From positions 21,578,001-21,642,000 of the forward strand of contig CM052818.1 in the NCBI GenBank assembly GCA_028534125.1: DNA of 64,000 nt, given 5' to 3'. A model generated the notes under the pieces. The model had not been told where the DNA came from, did not search any database, and worked only from the letters and a program-made list of their open reading frames with translations. A program made the position numbers and the translations under genes. How positions within the stretch are numbered: the first letter of the stretch is position 1; each line of letters opens with the position of its first letter. The stretch comes from Lama glama. Its lineage: Eukaryota. Shown here in pieces: positions 24,831-37,930 of this stretch.

Positions 24831-26795
24831 GTTACTCTTTCTCTTACCTTTTGTCTTGCCTACATGGAGAAAACTGAGTTTAAAAATGAAATAAAAAAGA
24901 ATGAATTCCCTGAATCCATCCCATCCCACACATTGAGCTGTACACACACCCACTTTTTATTCCTTTTCCCAAGTATTCTGTTCCCAGTACTATACCATTT
25001 ACTTTTATGACTATGAGAAATAGAGACTAATTATTTCCAGTCAAATAGAAATGTCTAGTTATCTGTCAACATCCCCAGTATTAATTAATGTGAAATACTC
25101 ATCAGCTAATAAAATTTAAAACCATAATTTTTGAAGATGTATAAAACCAACCTTTTAATTTACTTTGGAGTCTTTAAGACTGTCTTTGGTTTTAATTCAC
25201 ATTTTGTCTCACTTTTAACAAAGGAATCATAACAAGTACTGCAGCTATGAATAATAAATGGGGATATTCTCCCTTTTCCAATTAAAAAACCCAAATATGA
25301 AAATGGCTAAGGTTCTTTGGCTACCAGATAATTCCAGCCAAAGGCTGATACTTAACTTTTAAATCCACTATTGCACTAATAATGCAACAAATGATGCCAA
25401 CAAATAGCACTGCCAAGAGCACTGACGGTTCTCACAAGTAAATGAGCATATCAGAGTCCCCAGATGCCTACACATTAGACCTAAATGCCTAGTAGAACTA
25501 AGCATTTACATTACCATGCGTTACCATTACTTAGTTAAATGTCATTTCCCAAGTCCCAAACTGGGACAACTACTTCTGTGACTTTACAAATTCATCTATG
25601 ATGAAGAGAGATAATTCAAAGACATATTCCCTCAGGAAGGTAGAAGACCACCAGATATTAATTAACTCTACCTAAAAGGCTTGGTTATCTCAGGTGCAGA
25701 ACTGAAAAGTGAGGATATTCATCTCTCATCATCAGTTAATATTTATTGCGTGCCTGCAGGGCATACGGCATCGTACGAATCACCTACAAGGGTGGGCTCT
25801 AAGGGCTGTATTAGGCAAAAGTGGAAAATGCTGTTGTTACTCTACAAAATATACATGAAATTGGACCATATTTTCTACTGAGCTCTCCTTACATATACAT
25901 AATAAAGTAGGGTGCCGGTGTTTCTTTGAATCAGCAGGGAGTGTTTGCCTTTAACCCTCACTCACCAGACAACAGCTGTTCTTCTCTTCAAGTATTGACA
26001 ATACTGTGCAATGGTGTCTGAAAAATATGACTGCTGCGTATGCTTTATTGTCATAGGACAGTAAAGGATCAATTCACTTAAAGGGCTTTGATTTATTCTA
26101 GAGGAAAAGTATAATAATGTTGGTTAAATTAATAGTCAAATCTTCAGATCAGTCGATATAAAGGATAGTGTAAAATTGTACTGAGGACTTTAACAACAGA
26201 AATCTGAAAAACTTCAAATGCTTTGACATTTTAAAAATTACACACTTGGTTTCGGTGCAGCACAACCATGGCCTTATTCTAAATATAAGAGAGAAAAGAA
26301 TTTTGCTGATAAGGTGTAGGATTATTTATTGCTCTTTGAGCTACTAGATATCAGATTTCATAAGAAAATACGAGATTCTGCCAAAACATGCATTTATACG
26401 TGGGAAAAGTCTAATTTAATCATTAATAAAAATAAAACTGGATCTATTCAACAGCAGCCGAATATAATGAGAGTCAAACTTTTGGCTGGTGCTATTCACT
26501 GGTGGCTTTCTTTGTGATCTCATACTAATGAGGAATAAGAAATGTGCACATCACTGCTTGAACTAAAGAATGGGGCCTGACCAGTTATTTCAGCCTGGGT
26601 CCAAATCTGCCTTGCTCACATTAGCTGGTCAGCAACTGAGAGTAGGTATGAATTGCTTCAGACTGATATCCTTCGCCATGAATAAAGGACAGTATCAAAA
26701 TTAACACTGCAGAGGTTTTCAAAAATTCAAAAGCAGTCAAGTTATCAGAAAATCAAGTGACAACACTTTTTGGTTTAGTCTCTCTTTTTCCAAAC

Positions 26796-26894
26796 TTTTT
26801 TTTAATTTAATTTTTTAATTTTTTTAGGTGGCAGTTTCTTTTTATTTATTTATTGGGGGGAGGAATTAGGCTTATTTATTTACTTAATGGTGGT
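26796..26894 (-). mobile_element. Truncated camelid Vic-1-type SINE (3' body and tail only)
   Basis: ttggggggaggaattaggcttatttatttacttaatggtggt matches the 3' part of the copy at 43607-43753; the tRNA head is absent. Confidence 0.65.
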
Positions 26895-26914
26895 CTGTCC
26901 ATCATCTCACTACA

Positions 26915-27155
26915 CCTGACATCATTCAACAGGTATTTCCTGAGCAACCACTGTATGACATGGGTGACAGTACTAAGTCAAACAGTCCCTGCCTTCAGGG
27001 AGCTCTCCACCCAGTGATGTTGTGCTAGTCACGAGTGTGTGTCTTCAACAATGAGAGGCAGACCCAGAGCATGGCTCACAAGAGCTTCACAGAGAGGCAC
27101 CCAACCTAGCAGGGGCAGCAGGTGAGAGAAGTCAGAGAAGGCTTCCTGAGGATGT
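26915..27155 (-). mobile_element. L2 fragment
   Basis: tcattcaacaggtatttcctgagcaaccactgtatg...cagtccctgccttcagggagctc...agtcagagaaggcttcctgaggatg. Confidence 0.7.
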
Positions 27156-30100
27156 TTTCAATTTGTCTAATTCGCCAATTATAAATTTTACCTAATCCGT
27201 ATTTACCATAAAGGAGCCCCCTCTTTCCTATCTTAATAAGTATGTTGTAAGTAACACTAATTCATATTCTTTGAAAGAAACCACATTCTCTTGGTATAAT
27301 TTAAAGTGCAAAAGGAAAAGGGCTTTAAAAATATTTTTTTTTTTTGCAAGAAGTGATCCTTTCTAACCTCCCAGTGCACTACTGTCTCAGAACCACAATG
27401 AAGCTCCAGAAGAGCTTTTCTATTATTCCTCTACATCTTGCCCTGTGATGCTCTTCAATCCAGTAAATATAGCAGACAGACAAGGAGAGTAAACTGGCAA
27501 ACTGGCCACTCAGGTAACAAAACATTTCACACCCATTCCAGACAGAGAGATTGCCATAGAATCTGCTGCAGAACCCTAGAAAAAAATCAGATCCCTCTAA
27601 GAAACTTTTCACATTGTAGGAAAATACAGAAAGGGCTGTAAATACATATGTGTATCTAGTGGTACACCCATCATTGTAACAGCCGTGCTGCTTTTTAATT
27701 TGAGAAAAATAGTAACCCATCTTTTGTTGATGACTACTAAACTGAATTTATAAGAGGTATAAAAGAGAAAAAGATGGAACATACATCTTATCCCCTGTTT
27801 TTAATAATCCCCTTTCCCCAGATAATTTTATTCTACCTAAGGATACTAAATCTGAGGCAGTACTCCTTATGCACCTCACCCCTCTGGCCCCTAGAGATTA
27901 CCACACCATCCTGCAGTGATTCTGCACCATCCTGGCTGTCATATCAGAACTTAAACTGCTACACTTAGAGAGAACTTGAGTCCCTGTGGCTCAGAAAATA
28001 AAATGGCTTGCCCAAGGTCACACAGCTAATTAGAAGCAAAACAGGTGTTAGCATCTATGTCTGCTAATCCCTTCACTACTCTGAATTCTCAACCAAAAAA
28101 ACCATCTCAAGTTCCCAAAAGTAAGAGCAAGATGCAACAAACTCTATTTTGCTCTGAATTTCTCTAACATCTGATTCACTTCATTATATTAAAAACAATC
28201 TAACACTTTAAACTGCATCTTAACATTGAAAAAGTTTCCAGGTTTATGTCCTAGTCTTTTATGTTATTAACATTTCACATTCTATATGTGTTATCCCTTG
28301 GCAACACACATTTTTAAAATTTGGACCAAATTCTAGAAAATGAGTGTGTCTAAATTTTTTTAAATCAACAGCAAGAGCAGGGGAGGAAATGAGGTGATAT
28401 CTCTCCCTGATCCACCTAAACATAAAGGAAATATATTAAAGTACCCCTCACAGAATTTCAAGAGGACACAATTCAAAGAATAAGAATAAATGCAAGTCAC
28501 AGAGAGTTGACATTTCCGTGACCTAAGCTTGTTGCATGCTGTACCTCCCGCTCATGTCTACTGACATCCAGGAGTAAACCCTAAGGGAGTTGTTTTGAGT
28601 GAGGGTTTCTGTATGTCTCTTTGAATAGGAATACAAAGTGACAGAAAAATAACTCAAAATTGCTATAAAATGAATGGTATTTCCAAATGCGCAAGCAAAC
28701 AACATGCACTTTAATGTAACACATTTCTTCTTATTTGGCAGTAAGTTAAAACATACGTTGTTTGAAGTTTATATAAAAATGGATGAAAAGGTGCTATTTG
28801 TGTTAAAAATGAAACCAAATTACTAAGTGGTTTGAAATCCATGGCTTTTATTATCCAAATGTAGCCAGTTAAAAGTAATGTCACTTGAAGAGTAAAAATA
28901 AATTAGGGTTAACAGTTACTGGTTTGCTTGGGGTTTTTTGTTTTGTTTTGTTTTGTTTTGATGAAGGGAATAAACAAAGTAAAAACCTTCAAAAATATGC
29001 ACTTAGTCATTACAATTTCACAATTTTCTTTAACACAATTCCAAAAAACAAACAACAAAGAAATTTAGTTACCCCTTAAAGTCAAGTACAAATATTTTTT
29101 CCTGAAGGCTTTTTCTTCTATGAATTACCAAAGAAAGAGCTGTCAAAAGCTTAGTCTCACTTCAAAAAGGAAAAGTCAGTGGCAGCTGGTAAAAATCAGG
29201 TGGGCAAAATGTCCTCACCAACTTGCCCAGGGAAAATTTTCATTAAGAAGAACAACAAAAAAGCAAAAATCATTACTATCAAAAAAATTATTTTTATCAT
29301 CAATAATGTCATATCAGAACTTGTCTGTCACATTAGAACTTAAACTTTTACAGTTAGAATATCAATAGTTTGATTAGTGCTTTGCAACACAAAAAATAAG
29401 AGTACGTACTCTTGAGTTGTTCAGATGGAAAAGACAGAGAAGGAGCAAGTTTTCAAACAGGACTGGAAGAGTAGAAATTCAGAACTAAAACTTAAAAGCA
29501 AAAAGAAGTTTTGTTGCTTGGTTTTTAAATACACAGTATACCCAAGGGTATTTGTTTCTTAGGCCTAAGGTTCTGGCATAGACGACTTTCTTCTAAAGTC
29601 CTTTTCTAGAACTTCTTTAGGACTCAAAGTAATTTTTATTTCTGTTGATCATTGTTTAATATAGCAAATAATAAGATACAGTATGTCCCCAAAAGATCTG
29701 ATAACTTAGCCTTAATAACTACAAAGAAGCATGTTCTGCTACAAATCCCTAAAGGAGGTACAAGTGCCTTAAGGAAAAGCCTATATTTTTATGTATTCTT
29801 TAAAGAACGGTATCTCATTTTCCCACTGGGGAAATATTCAATAAAAAATATTTTGTCATTAATTGCATCATCATCATCACTGATCAGATCTGAAGATGGA
29901 CCAAGTAGTAAAAGAAGAGCCAACCTACAAATCAACACCATCACTGATGCTGGGTCCAAGGAAGATGTGTCAAGAGATGTCATCACAATAGTCAATCACT
30001 GTTTTTGCCCTCATTATGTTGGCCAAATATACTTCCAGGTGCAAAACAGCTTAGTTACATTGCTTACTATGAGCAGCATTTTTTTTAACTTCTGAAATAT

Positions 30101-30646
30101 TTTTCACATTTTTATTCTTAGCTAGAAATAAGAGAAATTGAAAAACTTAGAACACTTTAGAAACTTAACAGTTTAATATGGTCCATGTTGGATAGAAGTA
30201 CTGACATCAAAAAAAAAAAAAAAGAAAAAGAAAAAGTTTTTAAAATAATTTAAATTAATAGAAGTTGATAACAACCTTAAGAAGAAATAAACTCTTAAAT
30301 TATCCATAGACTAAGCTTCATTTGCAAATATGATCAACTTCTGTTTAAATTTCAAATGAATGTTAGAAAATATTAGTGACTATCCTTCATTCTCACATGC
30401 TAGCATTCTGTAGACAAATGAGAACCCAAAAGCTTTATGACAATTTCATTAACCTTCACATAGTCTCTAAGGTTTATGTGTAACACCTCCCTTTTTTCCC
30501 TCTGTCCTTCAAAATCCAAAGAGCAATAAAATCATAATTAAGATCTAGAATGATAACAGTCTCACATCGGTAGTACTCAAACTACTAGTGAGTGCATCAC
30601 ATTTCAAAAAGTTAGTCAGCGGGCATCTGGATTTAAGATGAATCAA

Positions 30647-30684
30647 TTATATGTCAATTATATCTCAATAAAGCTGGAAGGGGA
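30647..30684 (+). mobile_element. 38-bp L1 3'-terminal micro-insertion with perfect 12-bp TSD
   Basis: ttatatgtcaattatatctcaataaagctggaagggga flanked by aagatgaatcaa at 30635-30646 and 30685-30696; same terminal motif as the L1 at 13100-13350. Confidence 0.85.
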
Positions 30685-30831
30685 AAGATGAATCAACAGT
30701 GTTAATAGAACTAAGTCTGGCTATTTAATTTATTTAAAAAGAAAGAAGGAAAATGTTTTCTGAATTTCATACTTCCCAAGATTTTATGTAAATTTGTTGA
30801 TAGTTTCAGATAATGTTTATTCTCAACTTAC

Positions 30832-30976
30832 CCTTAAGGCAATTAGTTACCAATCAGACAGGGGGTGCAATGAGCGAAAGAACAGCAACAAGAAAAGTGT
30901 GTGGTTCAGGCTTCACAGTCACAAAAATCATCAAACAGAGGTCATATTTATAGTCACAAGACACAGACAGACCAGA
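30832..30976 (-). other. Candidate 145-nt internal, probably non-coding exon
   Basis: Minus strand reads ggtttttctttcag|TCTGGTCTG...CCTTAAGG|gtaagt; both sites near consensus; unique sequence. Confidence 0.5.
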
Positions 30977-31171
30977 CTGAAAGAAAAACCACCATTACTG
31001 TGTACTGTGAATTAATATTTTTATAAATTATGCAATCACCCTATGAACAGCTCAATTAAATTGATTTTTGTACTAGAAAAATTTCTTTATTAACTTAGGA
31101 CATTTAAAATATTCCACAATTTTTGTAACCTTCTTTAGGCATTTTCTTCATTTTTAAAATACATTGGAAGC

Positions 31172-31388
31172 CAATGGTGCACTAAGGGGTGGGTCATGGT
31201 AGAAGTGTTCTACCCCAGTAAAGAGAAATGTTTTTATCACTGCATTTAAAAAAAATGTTGGCACACGGTGATAATTAACAGCAGATCAACTTTCAATTTT
31301 ACTATTTTTAAAAATTCTCTTAATACCCCTTATGGCCCTCTACTGGACTTCCCCTACCACCCCCTCCAGTCTTTGGCATGCTCTGCTG
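31172..31388 (-). mobile_element. hAT-Tip100 element (MER97-like)
   Basis: Degenerate terminal inverted repeats caatggtgcactaagggg / ctttggcatgctctgctg; internal ttttatcactg...ggcacacggtgataattaacagcagatcaacttt. Confidence 0.6.
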
Positions 31389-33739
31389 GATATCTCAAAA
31401 AATGGAAACAGCTAAGACCTTGTCACAATCTCTGGCATACTCTCCATTTATTTATCATTCTCAACTGACTTCATCACTGTTTCCATTTCTTCCTTTTCTT
31501 CCTTCTGTTCGTTTAATTTTAAGCATTTTACAAAGAAGACAGTAAAGCTGAATTTAGATCTTATTGAATTATTAGGCTGGAATGGGGAGAAATAAAACTA
31601 AAATACTGCTCATTTAGTAAAATACTGCTTTCAGAATATGAGTTATAATACTCATGTGCTCAAAATCCAAAACACTTCAAAATGAAAATAGAGCTTTTAG
31701 TTGCCAGAAAAAAGAGAAAGTGAGCTGTTGGAAATTAAATAATTAAATACTTTTGGAACAGTCTGATTCAAGAGCACTTAACTATTGCAAAATAATCTGT
31801 ATGTTTTTTCTTTTCATACAACATATATGTGTGGAAAAGGATTCTTAATTTCTATGCATCAAAACAAAATACAATAATATAACTGGATGTTGCACCTGGT
31901 ACCCAAATCCAACTATGATACATTGTTCCTGTGTTAAATGGATAAGATGACATAAAAAAAAAAAACTTGTTCTCATTGAAAGCCTTTTAAAACTTCATTT
32001 TAAATTGAATTTTTCTTGTTCTCTATACAATAATCCAATTTTTCTAATATGTTACCATTATTTCTTCCATTCTGTTATAAAATTTTCAAAGCATAAGAAT
32101 CACAGTTATTACTTCTCATAGTGATTCATTTGTAAAGTTTGTTTATTATTCTGTCAATGTTAATTCAAGTATTATAATTCTCTATATATCTCATGAGTTC
32201 ATTTTGGAGTTCTGCCATGACATCATAATATAAAAAGTGTTCCATGAACAAATAGATCTGGAAACCACTGAAGGTAGAGGAAGAATAAAAAATTCCAAAA
32301 CTCAATAGTACAACAAAACAAGAAAACACTGCCTAGTGAAATCAGTCCAAATTTAGAAAAATAAAAATAGAAATGTTAATAAATATTTTAAATGGGCCTC
32401 ATAAAACTAAGGCTTTTCTAATTTGTAATAAATATAGTTGAACTTGAAAAATGTCCTGGAGAAGACTTTATTTCATAGTAACACAACTGAACATCACTCT
32501 ACAAATAAATTACTAAAATAATACAAATATTATTGAATTATATACTACTGGCAGACTTACACATTTCATAGCCCTAAAGATAGGCAAAATAAACGTATGA
32601 AAAACAATGTGTTTTTTGGAGACCTAATGTTGTTACTGCTGGTAGGAGACGTATGTTCCATGCCATTCTTCCATATAGCTAAAATATTTTTACATATAAT
32701 TATATGTGAAAAACCTCAATTTCAGAGCTTTCTTACACACTACAGAAAATTTAATAAACCTACTGTGAAGATGAGGCAAAAACTACCCAAAACCCAAGTG
32801 CTCCATGATACAAAGAAAATACCAAAGAGCATTTGGAATCTGGACTAGAGGCCATGAGTATGAAACTCTACCTGCTGAAGCAGAATTACTTCATTGAGGA
32901 AGAGGTGATATCAAAGACTTTAGAAAAGGTGACATCTGAATCCACTGGAGAGACACCGTATTGAGTGGCCTCATGGTCTTCTGTCTGTCCACTTGAATGC
33001 ACAAAATGATGAAGTGTGAGGACTCACATCCACCTCACATATCTCATAATTGCCTTCACACAACAAACAATACAAAAGGAAGAATTTCATTTGTTTTCAC
33101 TCTAGTTATCTGGTTTTGGCACTGTCTTTAAATTAAACAGTTTATATTTGTGATATGACATGCATCTCTGTTCTTAGGACTCTAATGTCAAATTTTCACT
33201 TTTACAAAACACAGTTAATTTGACAGAAAGCACACCAATGGTAAAAATATGAAATTCAAGCCTAGCTTCTCTATTTGATTATAATCATGACTATAGTTCA
33301 TATTTCAACTTTGTACAATAAAGGAAATACCAAAAACCCAAAACATTTGGGACACTGTTATCTGTAATAACTTTGTTATAAAGTTCTTTTCTGGTTTTAA
33401 ATGATTCAATGGCAATTTAAAAATAACACTAAGTTGTATATTATCAGGAAAAAATGATTTCACATATTATAGAGTAACAAGAGACTTTCAAGAAAAGAAC
33501 ACAACTATTTTGAGAAAAGTGCTGTGTTCTGGAACCAGGAATACCAGGCCTTTTCAAGTTTCTAATTTACTGTAAAACTTCACTACAATAACTACAATGA
33601 AAGGCAAGTACCTGAAAAAAGAGTCCCAAATTCTTCTTCCTAATTTTAAGTGCTATCAAGAATTATATATTTCCTAATAATCAAACTATCTACAAAATGG
33701 TTAAACACTGGCACTGCTCATGCTATGAATATCTGATTT

Positions 33740-33968
33740 ACATTCATTCGGGTAACTGTTTTATTCAGTACGAGGCACCATGCCGGGCTAGCACTGGGAT
33801 TTGAATTGTAAACAAGACAAAGTTACTCCCTCAAGAATCTCACAGTGTCTGGAGGGGGTTGGGGTACACATGCCAAGGACTGGTACTGTGGCGGCACAGA
33901 AGAGGAGCACCTGGCTCAAACTTACAGGTCAGGAAAGGCTTTAGGAAGCAGTGGCATCTGTGCTGAGC
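33740..33968 (-). mobile_element. L2 fragment
   Basis: cattcattcgg...ttattcagtacgaggcaccatgccgggc...aacaagacaaagttactccctcaagaatctcacagt...ggtcaggaaaggctt. Confidence 0.7.
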
Positions 33969-34734
33969 AACATGTGCTCAAACTCAATAGCTCTAAGTTC
34001 TATGACTGAAGCTCCTGGCCTGGACAACATTCAGGTCCACAGACACTACCCCACACAGGTAAAGAAGGGAGCCCGCGGCACCCTGTAGTCCTATGTATGG
34101 CATTCTACGAACGACATCAGTACACGCTATGAACTGGTGGCTGAGTGAACACTACTGATGATCTCTTTTGTAAACCACCTCCCCCAAGTCAGAAAAAGGG
34201 CCTCCAGAGTTCCTGATCCACTTTCTGGCGTATTTTTCCTCTGCTCTCTATTTGAAAAGCTTAAACAAACAAACAAACTCCTGTCACCTCTCTTCTTTTT
34301 GTTGTTGTTGTTGTTGTCATAATCTTATTCCGTATCAAATTGTCTTTAACATAAGTTACAACCTGATTAAAATTGATAGACATTTTTTTATCTATTTAAT
34401 GAAAAAAATTACAGCCTCTTTACATACAATATCTTTTGTCTAGAGTTTAGCAAAATAGTACCTTTCATGTAGGAATTCTGCTTAACATAATAAGCAAAAA
34501 CAAACAATGAAAAAATAAATAAATAAACTAGAGCAAACCCAAATCTCCAAACCCCTTACCTACAAATATCAATATTGAATAAAGCATTAATAACACAAAC
34601 ATAGAATAACTTATTTTGGTTAGAAAGCAGAATGAATACTAAAATTAGTGGCAAAGAAAACCAAAAAAAAAAAAAACGAACCCCAAGAAAATAACCAACA
34701 ATCTTCAGGGGTAAATTCTCCTGCTCAGGGGTCT

Positions 34735-36112
34735 TTTTTTTTTTTTTTTTAAATTAAACTTGTTTGTGGAAGTACAATCTACATAACAGAAAAACAAAGA
34801 AACAATAAAATTGTGGCTGAAAGAATGATCACAAAGTGAACACATCCACATAACCACCACACACTTTAAGAAATGAACTATTACCAGCACCCTTGAAGCC
34901 TCCCTTGGGCCATTTCTCTCCTCCCTAGATGTAACCATTATCTTGATCTCTAACACTATAGTTCTATCATCCTTTAAACTTTATATAAATGGAATTCCAT
35001 TATTATATTGTGTTATTTTGAGTTGGGCACCTTTTGCTCAACCTTATGTTTATGAGATTCATCCAGATTTATATAAAAGTAGCTGATTCATTTTCTCCAC
35101 TTTTACACTATTCCATTGTACAAATAAACCACAATTTATTTATTTATTCTAATGTTGATGAGCATTTGCATTATTTTCAGTGTTTAGCTACGTGAATAAT
35201 ACTGTGAACATTCTTGTATATGACAACAGTTGGTTTTGTCAGTTTCTTAAATTTTACTCATTGTCTTGGGGGTGCACTGTTATCTCATTACAGTTTTAAT
35301 TTGCTTTTCTGTGGTGACTATTTAGGTTTAGTGTCTTTTTCTTTGTCAGCCATTTGGACATCCTGTTTGTAAAGTACTTGATCATGTCTTTTGCATTTGT
35401 GAAATTAGATTCTTTCTTTTTCCATTGACTTGTAAGAATCTATTGTATATTCTTGAAACAAGTCGTTTATCAGTCATATACATTGCAAAGATCTCCTGTT
35501 CTGTAACTTGCCTTTTCCCTTTCTGAACAGTATCTTTCAGTAACAGAAGTTTCTAATTATAATATAAACCAATTTATCAATCTTTTCCAAATGGTTTTTT
35601 TTATTCTGTTTAAGAAATCTTTGTCTACCTCAGTCATAAAGATATTCTTACATGCTTTTTACATTAAGATACTCTTACATTAAGATACTCTAACTTTATT
35701 TTAGAATACTTCTGTTTTATGCTTCACAGTTAGATCTACAATCCACTTGGAATTGATACTTGTATATGATGTGAGGTAAGGGATCAGGATTTTTTTTTTC
35801 TATAAAGCTAAACTGTTGGCCCAGAATGTTTATTGAAAACACTGTCCATCTCCATTTTTCTGCAGTGCACCTATGCCATTTAATCAAGTTTCCATATATA
35901 CATGGGTCTATTTTTGGACTCCACAATGTTCTGTCAGACTCTCATCAATACTTACACCAATACCACACTCTTTAAATCACTGTACCTTTATAATAAGCCT
36001 TGATATTCGGTAGTGTAAATCTTCCAACTTTCTTCATTTTTTTCAAGATTACCTTGACTACTATTGGTCCTTTGTGTTTGAGTATAAATATTAGAATCAT
36101 TTGTCAATTTCT
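34735..36112 (-). mobile_element. Old L1 (L1ME-like) 3' region, reverse orientation
   Basis: Poly(T) end; aaagtgaacacatccacataaccacc; tttatgagattcatcc; tacaatccacttggaattgat; ORF 35717-35926 resembles decayed ORF2 (SPKIDPCIYGNLI). Confidence 0.85.
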
Positions 36113-36561
36113 GCTAACAGTACCTCATCTGTCTCCTGCCCAATATCCTCAGATCACTTTGGACCATATTTCTTCTCATTAGGACTTTGTGTAATAAGGA
36201 GCACTAATTTCTACAAAGGAGGAATGGGGTACTAATATGAGGTGCTTCAGATTGAAGGCTTACAGCACTGCTTGAGGAGCAATCCCCTAATTCTTAGCAA
36301 TTTGCTTCAGCCCTTTAAGGATTTTGTGAGGAAACATTTTTTAAAGAGACAACTATTCAGATTTCTCTAGAAATTTACTTTTATGATTGCCAGCATTATA
36401 TACTACTAAAGTCTCAGAGGATATTCATAAGTTCTATTCATATCACCCCTTAAAATTAAAGGGAATCACAAAATTGTTGGAATTTTAGGATGCAAAGGGT
36501 ATTCTGGGGTTACTCTTTTTTTTGATTAAAACCAGTTTTACTTGAAAGGAATACTACTTAC

Positions 36562-37030
36562 TACAAAAAATAATAAAATAATGCCATTTGCAGCAACGTG
36601 GATGGACCTGGAGATTGCCATTCTAAGTGAAATAGCCAGAAAGAGAAAGAAAAATACCATATGATATCACTTATATGTGGACTCTTAGGAAAAAAAAAAA
36701 GACAAACAGACTTATTTACAAAACAGAAACAGACTCACAGACACAGAAAACAAACTTATGGTTACTGGGGGCGGGGAGGAGATGAGAAGTGATAATTTGG
36801 GAGTTCAAGATTTGCAGATACTAATAAATATAACATAGATAAACAACAAGTTCATACTCTATAGCACAGGGAACTATATTCAATATCTTGTAGTAACTTA
36901 TGGTGAAAAAGAACATGAAAACGAATATATTTATATTCATGTATGACTAAAGCATTATGCTGTACACCAGAAATTGACACAACATTGTAAACTGACTATA
37001 CTTCAATAAAAAATATACAAAGAAAAAAAG
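36562..37030 (+). mobile_element. Relatively young artiodactyl/camelid L1 3' end
   Basis: ataatgccatttgcagcaacgtggatggacctggagattgccattctaagtgaa...cttatttacaaaacagaaacagactcacagac...aacattgtaaactgactatacttcaataaaaaa. Confidence 0.92.
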
Positions 37031-37499
37031 TAATTTCTCATATAATCATTTTTGTTTCATATTATTATGAGAACTGCTACAGCATTATTTTCCCTTAGAA
37101 CTTCAGCTACATAAATACTTTCATACGTTCATATGCCTCTGAATTCTCAACACTCAACTCACAAACTTTGGAAGCACAGTGGTCTATGATTAGAAGTCAA
37201 GAATTTAGGATTTCAGTTTAGGCTGTGCCATCAAGTATTTACAACTACTCCTTTAAAGGCTTTCTATACATACAAGAGCAATTATTGCCTGTTTCTGTAT
37301 TACATTAGGTGATACATTGGGTGATGACTTTACGACTGTTACAGTCCATTAGACTCCAAAGGACTTCAGGACAGATACTGTTGGATCCCTACACCTTAAA
37401 AATTCTGAAGCTCAATGACTGCAGTTGAATTCGTGATTAATTTTGATCTCATCATTGTTTTTACAAAAGGACATAAGAGAGACTAAGAAAAAAATTCTT

Positions 37500-37930
37500 A
37501 AATTGAACGTGTAGTTGGCTTTCAATGTTAAAATAGGGAAGCTTAACTTTACACTGGGCTTTGTTCTCCCCATACTGCCTTTTTAAGTGCGAGAGCAGAT
37601 GGGGCAGGTGAGTCAGGCCTGAAGGGGAAAATGTCTTGCAGCAGTTTTCATTGTGTTTTCATACGATGCTAAGCGCGTGTCTTGCCCACAGCATGCATGC
37701 TATGTATACTTGTCGATTTGATTTAAGAGCACTCGAAGCTATAGCATTGGCATCATAATTCTTTATGGTAGAGTTGGTGCCTTTTACGATGTTAACTTTA
37801 GGCAGAGCCTGATTTTATATGCCCAGGACTCAACGGGCCCTTTTTGTGGGTCATGACATCAGATGCATATGAAGACAATGTGCCATCCACGAAAGGAAAG
37901 AACAATTTCCCCAGGCACTGGAATACTTGG
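37500..37930. promoter_or_regulatory. Unique CpG-retaining block, candidate enhancer
   Basis: Several CpGs (aagcgcgtg, gtcgat, ctcgaa, acggg); overlapping CAGGTG E-box and TGAGTCA AP-1 site at 37605-37615; palindrome agcatgcatgct. Confidence 0.3.

Noticed and set aside
24848..24873. 12- or 26-nt minus-strand microexon with AAG|gtaaga donor
   Set aside because: Sits in sequence resembling decayed L2/L1 remnants and has an ambiguous acceptor; likely chance.
29652..30095. 147-aa ORF and the antisense 68-aa ORF with a DDDD run
   Set aside because: No recognisable domain, the acidic run comes from a short (TCA)n repeat, and there is no convincing donor to pair with the acceptor near 29924.
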